A stretch of DNA of 63,365 nt, the filler included, from Choristocarpus tenellus KU-1152 (lineage: Eukaryota > Protista > Phaeophyceae), in assembly GCA_964200185.2 (NCBI GenBank). It is 11 parts of 11 records of this genome, joined end to end, with 100 filler letters (N's around TTAATTAATTAA, not from the genome) between each part and the next. Parts side by side here need not be neighbours in the genome. Positions count along the whole stretch, not along the records: positions 12,943 to 17,149 come from CAXNAD020015697.1; positions 17,250 to 23,995 come from CAXNAD020007445.1; positions 24,096 to 27,484 come from CAXNAD020020367.1; 8 more parts are not named here. One strand, 5' to 3'. Both the position numbers and the translations under genes were made by a program. This document shows, piece after piece, positions 12,943-24,239 of this stretch (position 1 is its first letter; each line of letters starts with the position of its first letter). The notes under the pieces were generated by a model. It had not been told where the DNA came from, searched no databases, and saw nothing but the letters and a program-made list of their open reading frames with translations.

Positions 12943-15900
12943 GCAGCAACCCCTTCCTTCTGCTCCCATCGACACCTCCCCCCCCCCCCCCCGGAAAGGA
13001 GTTCAAGGAAGAGCAATCCCCTCCTCCACCCCCTTCCCCTTCCCCTCTTCCTTCTCCTCTCCCCTCCCCTGATATCTTCTTAAGAACAGCGTCATCCTTG
13101 CTGGTAAGGGACCCTAGCAAAGGAGGACAAGGAGTACAAGGAGTACAAGGAGAAGCTAAGGCCTGCAATGCATACGAGTCCAATGACAGCGGTGATTGCA
13201 CTGTTGGTGGCAACAACAGCGAACTTTTCACAAGTGTGGGGGATGCGGTTAGCACTAGTTGACTGCTGCTCCTGGCACCAACCCCATCACGGCACCCTTC
13301 ATTAACACCATCACAGCGATCGTCCGTTAATGATCCGCGAAGCTCCTCCCCACCACCTCGATTCACCCCATTAGGCCCATTATGCAAAACAGGAGCGACT
13401 CCACGATGCTCTTCTCCTCCCACAACAACGCTAGCAGCAGTGGTAGTTGGGATATTACGGCGAGGCACAAGGGCAGGGGGAGTTACCGACACCTGGGATG
13501 CCATCGGGGTGTGTGAGGATGGAATCAACACAGCAGTATGAGAGGAACAGGCGGAGCTAATAACAGCTGGAATAGATGAAGGAGAGGTAGCCGGTACCGC
13601 AACCTGATCAATACTTACTTCTACTTCACTGTTTGCATCAGCAAAAACACCCCCCTTCACTGCAACCCTGCCAATGGGCAAAGGCGGTGGGAGGTGGTGA
13701 CCCCTGGGACCCTTGATGACTGAGCTGCTGGGCCTCTTTGCCTCTCTACCTTCCTGTTGAACAAGTCGTGGGGGTTGCACGGGATCATGTCGATCATCAC
13801 TGACAGCATTCCTGTCACCTTTGCTTTCCCAAGCAAAACCGCTGTTTCCACCATTGCCTCCACTCCTGTCACCATTTCCACCAACCCCACAGACATTGGA
13901 GCAGTTTTCCATATCGATCTCTTCATCTCTGTCCACGCAACCACTACCACCACCGCTACCACCGTCAACCCGTCCACCATCCTCTGCCGTTGGCGTTTGG
14001 ACGGATGAAACTGTCGAAAATGTCGCAGATGAAACTGTTGCAGGGGATGGTAGGGTACAGGCACCTGTTGCAACCTCCCCAACACCTTCCAGAATAGAGG
14101 TTGTACGTGCCCCTACCTTACCATCCCCCTCCCCTCCAGCAACTGCACTCTCGCACCTGCCACCATTTCTATTCCTAGTATTGTTATCCCCTGCAACGTC
14201 AACCCCATCCCCACCAGCAAGAGTGACCTCAGTCCTGCTGCTGGTGTCATCACTCCAGATCCAGTCTTGCCCGTCATCTTCCACCCAATCCTCCTCTGGG
14301 GCTGAACAAACGGCTCGTTGAGGATCATCCTCATTCATTGTACACCTTTTTTTGGGGTTAGGGTTAGGGCTGATGGTGTGACACATGAAAGTTGTGCCAG
14401 GCTTAGCAAACGGGGGTGGAGAGGTGTGTGTCTGTCTCTGTGTGTCTGTGTGTCTCTCTGTATGTGTATGTATGTGACTGAATTGACACGGAGAAGGTTC
14501 AAGATGAGAAAGCTCAAGATGAGAAAGTTCAAGATGATGGGGGCGTGGGCAAAGGAGAAGACAAGGGAAACCCCCCAGGAGATACGCACCATGTGTGGGG
14601 AACAGAAGAAAAACGACATCTAATTCAACTTCCCTTCAAACTCAGGTCTCCACTAACTACACATTTTCGCATCTAGCCGCAAGATACAGACTACCTAATG
14701 TTCTGGAACCAACAACAAACACAAGGCGAGCATATGCACCCTCAATTTCTTTCCTGTCTTTCACTGACCCATCAGAAACAACTTGATACTATGATACTGC
14801 CTGTATCACTCCGTACACAAAACGAGATCACTCTCCCCCTACTCCGGGAGAGGATGGAAACTCAACCCTCTCTTGTTCAACCTGGTTCCAATCTTTCACA
14901 TCATACAGAGACGCCATCGCACCATACTCCTACATTGAGGTTGGTGATACGAGTTAGCCAAGGTGGGCCTATACTTACAAACCAACTGATAATAATAATA
15001 ATAATAAGAATAGCAATACTCCTTACCACTTTGATGACAACAGCAAACAATATACTAAAAAAAAATGGGTCGAAAGACTCCGATCAGTTTAAAAGCTTCA
15101 CAAAACACATAAACACTCACATAAACACACACACATACACACAACACCCAGAGCATGTACAACCCAGCAAGATTAGAACAAAAGAGGGCCGTACTGCTTT
15201 ATACTGTTCTGGACTGGAAAAAAATGACAAAATCAGGGTAAACACAACATCAAACTTGGGGCACAAACACAATACTCCCTTGGTACACTACCACTGCAGA
15301 CTATTCGTAAGTGCTCAAAATTTGTTTTAAAATACCCTACATATATGTCAAAGTCCATCAAAAAGTCCACATACATACACACACACACATACACACATAT
15401 ATATTATCCCTCCCACCTCCAAGGCGCTCCAGTCTCTAGCGTCCACACTTTATCAGCTCGAAGATGCCTCCACTTCCCACACTCATCACATTGCACCCAA
15501 ACCTCCTCCTCCTCCTCCTCCTCCCCACCTTCCCATCCCCCATCCCCTTCCTCCTCCATCTCCTCTTCAACCCACTGTCCCTGCTTCTTCTTTCCCATCA
15601 CCCTGCCCCTACCTCCCCCTCCTCCCTTGCCCTCAACCCCCTGGCCCCGACCTCTGCCCCCAACAGCCTGGACGATACCCCCAGAACACAATTGTGGAGG
15701 TGCCAACCCTCCCACAAACTCCCCCCACTCCACTCCCGGTCCCTCGTCAACAGAGCAGAGCCTCCCCAGCTTAGGCAATAGCTCCCCCCCAACAGGAGGA
15801 CTTTTGCTGTTTCCACTAATACTCTCCCCATTTCCACCATCACAACCAGCATTAAGACTAGCTCTGCCCTCATTTGCAGCGGTTCCAGCCCCCGTCACCT

Positions 15901-17149
15901 CTGCCGCCGCAGCTACAAGACACGCTGAATACATCGGAACTCCTGCCACAGCAACCGATGATACTAAAGCCCCTTTTCCAGGACCACTAACACCATTGCG
16001 GTATTTCCCCTCCCCAACTGGAGTGCCGTTCAAGCCCTCTTTGTCACTGCACTGACTGCCGCCCCCATCGAACAAGGTGCTCAAGCTCACACTGACACTG
16101 GTACACATCTCCCTGAGCACAGCAGACAACACAACTCGAGCAGCAGCAGCATCAGAACCTACCAACACCTCCTCCTTCCTAACCCCCCACACCTGTGTCC
16201 CACTGTTCCTGCCCACCTCGTCCACTCTTACACCCATGCCCAGGCGGTAGCCGTTGCCACTTCTGCTGTGGCTGCCGCAGCTGCTATGGGTCGGGTCTAC
16301 TGGCCCAGGAGGTCCTTCAAAATGGTTCTCTCCTGGCAGTTTTGCCCTGCTCTCAGGGCGACCACAGGGCATTTCAATAACTTCATCTGATAAACCTGAC
16401 GCAGGGAAGAGGGGTCGTACATCTCTTCCTGACCCGAGAAGTGCTCGCAAGATGCACCCCGGGGGCTGGCCCCCGACCCAGCCAACAGGCAGATTTCGAG
16501 CGACATAGGAGGCCAGGGCGGCATCTCCGGTTCGGTTGGTTGCACCTTGACACCTGTGTCACAAGCATTTGAGATTCGTTCCTCTTGATGTCTCTTGATG
16601 CAAGAGCAGACTCTAGGGACAACGATTCAATTTCGACAGCGGGCTCTGGGTATGCAAAACATACAATACAAAATCGTATCTCTTTTTCTCAAATCTATGC
16701 AATAGATAACAAAAAAAAACTAGAATACTATTTGTTGGAGAAAAATAGGAATATTCCATTTAAAACACGAGCGGAACCTACAATACCACTCCAGAGCATA
16801 TAATATTAATAAAAAATATTAATACTACATTGAACACCGGAACATCCGATTCAATACAACCACACTTCAAGTTTCACATATATGTACATATGTATATATA
16901 TGAACAATACATAAAAGAACTGAGACACCCAAACCACAATAAAAACAAATGCTCACCTCACAAACGTAAACGTGAACAACGCCTCCTCCTCCTCCTCTCT
17001 CCCTGACACTGTCACCGCCGAAGAAACGCCTTCTTCATCAAGCACGCCTCCCTTGTTTCGCACTCCCCCTCCCCCCTTGTCCTCACCCCTACAACCCACA
17101 CCACCGTCATGACTACGCTGCTGCACAACCACACCATCCCTCCTCCCCC
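12943..17149 (-). CDS. Large low-complexity protein with a CW-type zinc finger (histone-mark reader); internal exons 17149-16957, 16553-15417, 14345-12943 (both ends off the contig)
   Basis: Spliced peptide WVQCDECGKWRHL...PW-R|CTMNEDDPQRAVCSAPEE matches the zf-CW consensus; both introns are phase 2 with GT/AG. Confidence 0.85.
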
Positions 17150-17262
17150 NNNNNNNNNNNNNNNNNNNNNNNNNNNNNNNNNNNNNNNNNNNNTTAATTA
17201 ATTAANNNNNNNNNNNNNNNNNNNNNNNNNNNNNNNNNNNNNNNNNNNNCCATGAAGCTTAT

Positions 17263-17446
17263 GATTGATTTCCCAGCTCACCACGATTAAGCAGTCGCTG
17301 CGACGATTGATTTCCCAGGAATGCCACGATTAATCAGTCACTTCGACGATTGATTTCCCAGCTCACGACGATTAATCAGTCGATTCCACGATTGATTTCC
17401 CAGCTCACCACGATTAATTAGTTGCTTCGACGATTGATTCCCAGCT
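17263..17446. repeat. Tandem repeat, ~42-bp unit built from two ~21-bp subunits (CGATTGATTTCCCAGCTCACCA / CGATTAATCAGTCGCTTCGA), about 4.5 copies, running into telomere-like CTAACCCTAATCCTAA
   Basis: Direct repetition. Confidence 0.9.
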
Positions 17447-17714
17447 AACCCTAATCCTAATTACTACAAAATCGATATTATACGATATAGATTCTGTGCC
17501 GCTTTTTTAGGGCATACCCATAGGTGAACAAAATCGGGGTAGGTACTGTATATACATAATGTAGAGTGGCACTAAGAAGAATAAATAGTACGAATAGTAC
17601 TTGGTGCATTGTTGTTTATATCCCCCCATCATTAATGACCAGGTCAATGCTTCACAGATGGAGTGGCAATACGAACTGCGCCAAGTATTCACTAAGGAGT
17701 AGCCTTTTATATTA

Positions 17715-18595
17715 CTACCTCTGTGCCATAAGTTTGTGCCACGAAACATCTGGGGTTGCCGAGCGAGAACGGCGCCGAATCGGACGATAACCCCACAGAA
17801 TGAAATCGGGTTGACAATTTCAGCTTTCAGAAAACGTCAAGGTCGAAGATCATCGGCATGGCAACCCCCCCGTCGCCCCCCTCGTTGAGGAAGGGCGCCC
17901 AAGTGTCCCTGAATACCAGAATTGCGCTTGCAACGCGGCACGCCCTCGCGATGGTCCCTGGTGAGCATAAACTGCCGCTACAAGTTGGGCCAGCCCTCAC
18001 AGCGGAGTTTGGAGTATCCGAGCATTACGTGTGAGGGCTCTGGGAGGACCTCGCCAATCACCCCACCTGTGACCACACGCTTGACCTAGGGGTGGTGCCA
18101 CGTAGTTTCTGGCCTTCGGAATTCACACCGACCAAGATAGCCACAATACATAGTATCAACTCCGATAATCCGTCATCCACAGTGCGTCAGGTGACAATCA
18201 AGATGGCCGCCAAGGGGCTGAATTATAGCACGAGCACCATAAACAGGTGGTTGGATGATGTGGGGGCCATGCCGAATCGCCGCGGGATCAAATCCAAGCT
18301 TAAATCTTGGCTAAAGGTATGGAGAATGGACTTTGTTTGCGATCAAGTGACCGGAAACTTGGTGTGTATGCCTCCATGGCGAACGCAATCCATGTGGCTG
18401 AAACCTGGTTAAACGTGATGGCTGATGGGGAAAGGGTTAGGTTATTTCCGCATGAGGATGATAGCGACCTTACAGGGTCCCCTACTGTGCAGCACAAGAG
18501 TCATATCCACCAAACCATGATCATTGCAGCCAAGCCCGCCCAGATTCGGCTCACAGCTTTGATGGAAAGCTTGGTGCTTGGGTTCGTCTTCTGAC
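17715..18595 (+). mobile_element. Truncated DD39D (plant-type) mariner: left TIR plus decayed transposase N-terminal half
   Basis: TA|CTACCTCTGTGCCATAAGTTTG TIR; peptides STINRWL...IKSKL, IHVAETWL (first catalytic D region) and VQHKSHI. Confidence 0.85.
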
Positions 18596-18697
18596 AATTT
18601 ACACAATGTACTGTACATGATCCAATGTCAGATAAATATGTACTCCGGAGTATATATAGTAGAGAGGAAAAAATGTTTGTTTTGAAACGCGCCATCA

Positions 18698-19359
18698 GAC
18701 TGAAGGTATCTTAGAGGGTATGAATTTTGCCCTGTTTGTCCGTTTGGGGCTTGGATTCCGACGTTTTTCTTAATGACATTTCACCTACTCCGAAATGTTT
18801 CGAGCAAGTAAAATGTGCACGTTATGAAACGTTGTGTCCAGAACAAGCATATTTATGTTCGTGGATAGTGCTGCTGGTACACTATAGACACCACCAGTGG
18901 AGTAGATAATAGGATGGAGATAATAGGATGGAGAGCCAGTGATAGATATGTACTATATTTATTGACTCACTACTGCCCATTAATTTGTTTCATGTTCAAG
19001 ATACGCTTGCTATACAGAAGACAAGTAACGAAGTGATTCATAGTAAATTAGTGTGGATGATTGCAAACCCCACACTATAGGAATAGTAATGGGCGCCACC
19101 AGTTGTGAGCCCCACAAGTTTAGTCAGTGGAATTGAGACCATAAGCCTGTTATAACACTAATATTGTATATTCACACCAAGCTACTTATTGTCCTCTATC
19201 AAGGCACACGATTGATCATCTTAACTGCGGGTCCAGTGTGGAATATTTCAACAATTTTCACTTCCTAACAAATACGATAGCCAAAATTATATCAAAATTG
19301 CAACATTGGATTTTTGCCCCCCAACGGACGCGGCTCTACCCTCTAAGATAATTTGACTC
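18698..19359 (+). mobile_element. MITE A copy with perfect 4-bp target-site duplication (TSD) ATCA, interrupted by a solo LTR
   Basis: atca|gactgaaggtatcttagaggg ... gataatttgactc|atca. Confidence 0.92.
18856..19253 (+). mobile_element. Solo LTR (398 bp) of the copia-like family
   Basis: TGTTC...CAACA ends, flanks ATTTA/ATTTT, homologous to LTRs at 25333-25700 and 49008-49387; splits a MITE A copy. Confidence 0.88.
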
Positions 19360-19745
19360 ATCAACATAGTCATATACGGCAGCCATACATTGTTATTTCA
19401 CAAATCTCCGACGGTCGGCATGGAGGCAGTGAGAAGATGGTCAAAACGTGTCACAACTCAACTGATCATCAATGGGAAAAGTAAACCGAGGTATCTCTGT
19501 TGTGTACCTCTCTTTCTACGATAAAACATTTCAGTGAGATAAACCTGCCAAGAATGAGGTATTGTGATGAGGAAATGGGAAATATTTCCTTGGTCGAAAG
19601 AGAGGCCGAAGACAACAGAGGAAAAGCACAAAGATGGAAGGTATTGATTTCGTAAAAACGGTTTGCCTAGTAGTAACCTTGGAGTTCTTCTGTAGGCGTT
19701 GTTCTTCCTTGGGTGTAAGATCCCTCAAGGTATACTGTGTCTTGG

Positions 19746-20400
19746 TCACCTTGAGTGTCTCGACCAAGGACGGGGTTCTGGCATCCGTACTTTGTCGAGT
19801 TTGAGCCCCCAGGAGATCGACTTCACCACAACCCTGACTCCATTGGACATTGACTTTGTGTGGTAAGAGGAGAAGAAGTTGCGCACAGCTACAATCCCTA
19901 GTCTCAATATTGTCTGAGAAAGTGACCACATCTTCCACCTGTTCTGGAAATGGCTTGAACACTTATCAGACCAGATATGGGGAATGTCTAGGGTCTGTCT
20001 GTATTCCTGGGTCAAGGGCTTCAGGCTGTTGTTGACAAACATCTCAATGGCATTCTGGACGAACTTATTGTCTTGGCTTCAGTCTTTGCCAAAGAACGAG
20101 GTGCTGTGTGCCCAGATCCATCCATTTTCCAGTTTTCCCACCTCCCTCAAGCCCCTCAACCACTCAACCATGACCAGGAGCGATGTTGAAAATATATTAA
20201 GAAACTCCCGTTGTGTCAAGTTGTGGTGGTTATGTGGAAGTTGTGAATTGAAATCCATGACCATGGCAGCGTGGCCTTTCAGGAGGCGTGATTTGCGGTG
20301 CTTGTACTGCCGTGCCTCAAAATTGTCATGTTGCGATTAAGAGTTCTTGATGAAATTGCCCAAGAAGACCTCTACGAGTGCGGTGAACTCCTCCATCCAC
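19746..20400 (-). pseudogene. Decayed Sola2-like DDE transposase
   Basis: HDNFEARQY...AMVMDF, HIWSDKCSSHFQN and NFFSSYHTKSMSNGV..VVK correspond to Sola2 motifs H...Q..DF, SDGC..QFKN and FF...HGK...DG.G..VK; contains internal stops. Confidence 0.7.
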
Positions 20401-21131
20401 GGGAATATCACCTAGTTATTCAGAGAAGCAGTGCTGGCATACTTTATCAAAAGAAGTGATGCATACATGAATTTATTTGTATTGCCTTTTGCGTGTGTGT
20501 TCATTTAGTTTAGAGACAGAGGATTATTTAAAATTCGAATATTGCATGGTGTCTTGCTGTGACAGGCAGTCCCTTAGCTCATATTGAGGGACTCACATGT
20601 CGGCTCCGCTTGTCTATGTCCATAGTCCCTGCATCATTAACTTCATCGTTATCCTCGGTTCTTCTCCTCGAGTTTGAGTTTGACTCTCTCGCCATGCAGG
20701 TGGTGAAGATTAAGTTGTCAGTCATGAGATTCCTCGCCCTGTATTCAGTATACTCGACCTTGATCCTCTCAATCGTTTTATTCTTCGTCGCCCTACTAGG
20801 AGTGGTGAGGCCTAGCCGAGATGACAGTGCCTTCTGTGTTGAAACCTGAGTCGGGGAATTGTGTGAGGCTCATAACCTGTTCCAACCTGAATCAAATGAC
20901 GAGTGCGTTTGTGTACAGTGGATACTTTGTGATGCGAAGAGGTGTCATAGGGCCTCAAAGCACCGGTGAATTGGTTCTGTTGCAACTGAAGCCATGGCTT
21001 ACTCAGTCAGAAGATGGATGATGTGGATTCGATGTTCTTCCTTGGTACACTAAAAAGGATTTGTTTGGATGTTTTAACTCTGGATATATGGCATCCAGGT
21101 GTGCATCAGGTACACTTTGGGGATCGCAGAA

Positions 21132-21385
21132 AGTCACCAGGGAGATGGGCAAGGGGGCGTTTATTAGATTCCCTAGCTCCTCACCCTGGGGTGCAAGAAT
21201 AGGTTTGAGACACAGGAAGGCAGTAGTACAACATAAGTATGCAGTAGTAAAATAGAAATAGATTTAGCATTTTCATTTTTGTGACAACTGTTACTTTTTT
21301 AGGGATTTTTCAGATATATGAATAGTTTTCATTAGTTTTTCCCCTGGCGCATCTCCAAAATGTTAAAGGGCATAATAATGAAATA
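21132..21385 (+). mobile_element. 3' end (UTR) of CRE-like LINE, left arm of an inverted pair
   Basis: Homologous to the sequence downstream of the RLE ORF at 38290-38560. Confidence 0.8.
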
Positions 21386-21489
21386 TGAAATTATCATTAC
21401 AATGAATTTTGTTATTATTTTTGTTATAATTTGTATTGTCATTGTTGCTATTATTATTGTTGTCGATATTATTATGATTATAATATTGT

Positions 21490-21770
21490 CATTATTTTAT
21501 TTATTATGCACTCTGGCATTTTCCACATGTGCCAGGGGAAAAGCTAATAATGAGAACTATTCATATATCTGAAAAATCCCTAAAGAAGAAATAGTTGTCA
21601 CAAAAGTGAAAAGTGTGAGATCTATGTCCTATTTCACTACCACGTATCTATGTTGTACTACTGCCTTCCTGTGTCCCAAACCTATTCTTGCATCCCAGGG
21701 TGAGGAGCTAGGGAAACACCCCACAAATCTAATAAACCCTTCCTTGCCCATCTCCCTGGTGACTCCAGCT
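21490..21770 (-). mobile_element. 3' end (UTR) of CRE-like LINE, right arm of an inverted pair
   Basis: Reverse complement of 21132-21385 with scattered mismatches. Confidence 0.8.
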
Positions 21771-21929
21771 GTAAACTAAGTCATTATTCTTACTGTAATT
21801 ATTAGTAGCATTTGTGAATATTGTTAGTACTTGGGTTTTTGTTACTATTGTTAGTATGAATTTGTTATTAATATTATTTGAGTTCTTTTTATTATTATTA
21901 TCCTAATTATTGCTACCATGATGACAGCA

Positions 21930-22219
21930 ATGTGAGAGATTCTAGACCTGCGGTTGGATAAGTCGTCGGAAGAATCGCCAAAATACGCCAAAAACTAACT
22001 GCCCCTGTAGTTGTCACAATCAGTACGGTCCTTCTTGTAATAAAGCACGGTAACGGCCTCGTCGTTCCAGCCCTGTGGCACTTCCAGCCCCGTGGCACGA
22101 CTTCCTGAATCCACACAACCCATCTGGATAATCGAAACCAGAATTCCATGACAAGAGGTCTTGGGTCGATGGGATTCAACACCTAGAATCCGAGCAGGAA
22201 ACAACCTTAGACCTTTCAC
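21930..22219 (-). pseudogene. RTE-like LINE ORF2 fragment (pre-RT region)
   Basis: VPQGWNDEAVTVLYYKKDRTDCDNYRG matches the VPQ.W.DA....L.KKKDR..C.NYRGISL motif. Confidence 0.75.
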
Positions 22220-22238
22220 CCACAGGGGGATTAAAACG

Positions 22239-22310
22239 AGGTCCTACCGAGACTCGAACTCGGGGCGTGAGATTCAGAGTCTCAAGTGTTGCCGACTACA
22301 CCATAGGACC
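22239..22310 (-). tRNA. trnQ-CTG: tRNA-Gln (anticodon CTG)
   Basis: GGTCCTA acceptor stem, TGGTGTAGTCGG A box, TGAGA-CT-CTG-AA-TCTCA anticodon arm, GTTCGAGTC B box; TTTT terminator directly downstream and TATAAA just upstream. Confidence 0.95.
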
Positions 22311-23300
22311 TTGATACGGTCACATTATTTATAGTCCACAACTAATCTAATATTATTTTTGAATATGTTAATTAAAAATATTACCATTTTCTCTTTACCA
22401 ACAATTTTCTCCCCTAACAACATCAGAGTTTCACTTTGTTTTGATATTCATGACGTCTCCTATGGTTTTTAATTTTTCTCCTATTACTGGTCCTCTGACC
22501 ACATTCTGTTACAGGCGAATACATTTCTAGTCTAGTCTTGAGCCTAGTCTTCTTTAGGCTTGATAAATTGACTGATTGGTCCCAGTCATTAGGTTTCCCC
22601 TGAAACATAGTACACAGACGAGTCTTGGATAGACGCGCATGTCGAATTTTGGCATACAGGGCATGTAGGTGGGCTTGGTGTTGGGGTTGGGGTCATGGTT
22701 ATGGTGGGGGCAAATGAGGCTCATTGTCGAGTTTATGAAATGGTAATTGGCCACCCTGTTTGAGGATTCTGAATTTTGGAGTAGTATCTACAGTGAATTT
22801 ATGGAATAGTCTGTTATGGTAAAAATCAAGGCGAAATCCACCCTTGTGGATAAAAACTCAGGCAAAATGTAGGGCGTTGGTTTCATTTACTCTGGAATAA
22901 TAAGGAATTGTTAGTGATTAAACCTCCGTTTGCAGTATAGGTAACAACTCGTTTTGAGTTGAAGAAAGTTCACTTAACCCTGAATTTTGTTTTTGGGGCT
23001 GGTGTATGTACGTAATGCTATTGGGCTCCGACCATGTTGAAATAGAAAGTTGCACCGGAGTTTTGAACCAAAGCCATATTTATCTAAATATTGAGTGTTG
23101 GGGTCAAGCCTCTTGTTCACAACAGGGACAGCTTTTTTGTCAGTTACGTGCCCATCATACCGTGGTACTACCTCCTTGCCATACGTCTGTGCCGCGTTAT
23201 CCATAAAATTTTTGAAGATGTTGATGAAATTCATTTCTGAAAGAAGATTTGGAATCCTTGACAAGTTTCTGGTTAGGGTCAGCTCTTTTCATGATTGTTA

Positions 23301-23472
23301 GAGTGAAAGTATCTTAGAGGGTAGAGCCGCGTCCGTTTGAGGACCTAAATGCAATGTTGCGATTTTGATGCAAAATGTTTTGGAGTAGGTAAATTCTAAA
23401 AAAAAACGTGGGAAGAGAAGGCCCAAACGGATAAACAAGGCAAACCTCGTACCCCCTAAGATACTTTCACTC
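23301..23472 (-). mobile_element. MITE A, internally deleted copy
   Basis: Both TIRs present; flanks GTTA/ATTA. Confidence 0.9.
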
Positions 23473-23811
23473 ATTACTCCCCATCCATCACAGTTGTATC
23501 AGCCACAGAAAAAGCCTCCATCTATGCCTTCGGCGTGTTTTCAAGCTCACCAGACAACTGCCGCTTCCTTACCCCTGTGTACTCCACACTGAAGTCATTC
23601 CCCCCTTTCTAAGTACTTGATTGTACAACACAAAAATGACCTGCCAAGCCCTCTCAAGTGTGGTTTCATCATCTTATTCCTCATACTATTTCTTAATGAC
23701 CTTCACAATCTCCTCGACGAACCAAACCCTCACCCATCACCTGGCATTTCAAAGACCCGAAGAAGCACAGAAAGGTTCATGATATTGGGGTTCGGGGGAG
23801 TTAGATGGCTG

Positions 23812-23989
23812 GGCTCAAAGTATCTGAGGGGGGTAGCGGCTGTCCATTTGGGATTTTTTTTTATGTAGAGATTTTTGGGTGATTTGGTTACATAAGTCGG
23901 ATGGATGATGCAAGTGCACTTTTCCTGGTTATGTACCCAAATAAACACCCGGGTGTAGACCCCCCCCCGCCCCACAGATACTTAGCGTC
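23812..23989. mobile_element. MITE family B (poly-G/poly-C TIRs)
   Basis: ggctcaaagtatctgagggggg ... ccccacagatacttagcgtc; flanks CTG/CTG. Confidence 0.85.
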
Positions 23990-24095
23990 CTGCATNNNNN
24001 NNNNNNNNNNNNNNNNNNNNNNNNNNNNNNNNNNNNNNNTTAATTAATTAANNNNNNNNNNNNNNNNNNNNNNNNNNNNNNNNNNNNNNNNNNNN

Positions 24096-24131
24096 CTCAC
24101 AAACCACCCCCCCCCCAAGATACATTGACTC
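24096..24131. mobile_element. End of a poly-C MITE variant (also at 32938-32998)
   Basis: ctcacaaa(c/t)caccccccccccaagatac(a/t)ttgac(t/c)c at two contig starts. Confidence 0.7.
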
Positions 24132-24239
24132 AAGAGTAGTACTAAACACTTGACTTACTACTGATAGACCATACACAAAAACATGGAGAAACCTCTCCCG
24201 AACTTTAATAGCTCTTCTATCTAAAGTTAGTCTGCATAC

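Noticed and set aside
12887-14386. 499-aa ORF as a stand-alone gene
   Set aside because: It is an internal exon of the zf-CW gene; its ATG lies in the intron and its stop comes from the linker
17263-17446. Repeat-spacer-like pattern resembling a CRISPR array
   Set aside because: The apparent spacers are near-identical subunits of a 42-bp satellite, and the context is eukaryotic
21360-21572. Hydrophobic 70-aa ORF (also 61776-62225)
   Set aside because: Translation of ATT-rich or TTG-rich low-complexity DNA
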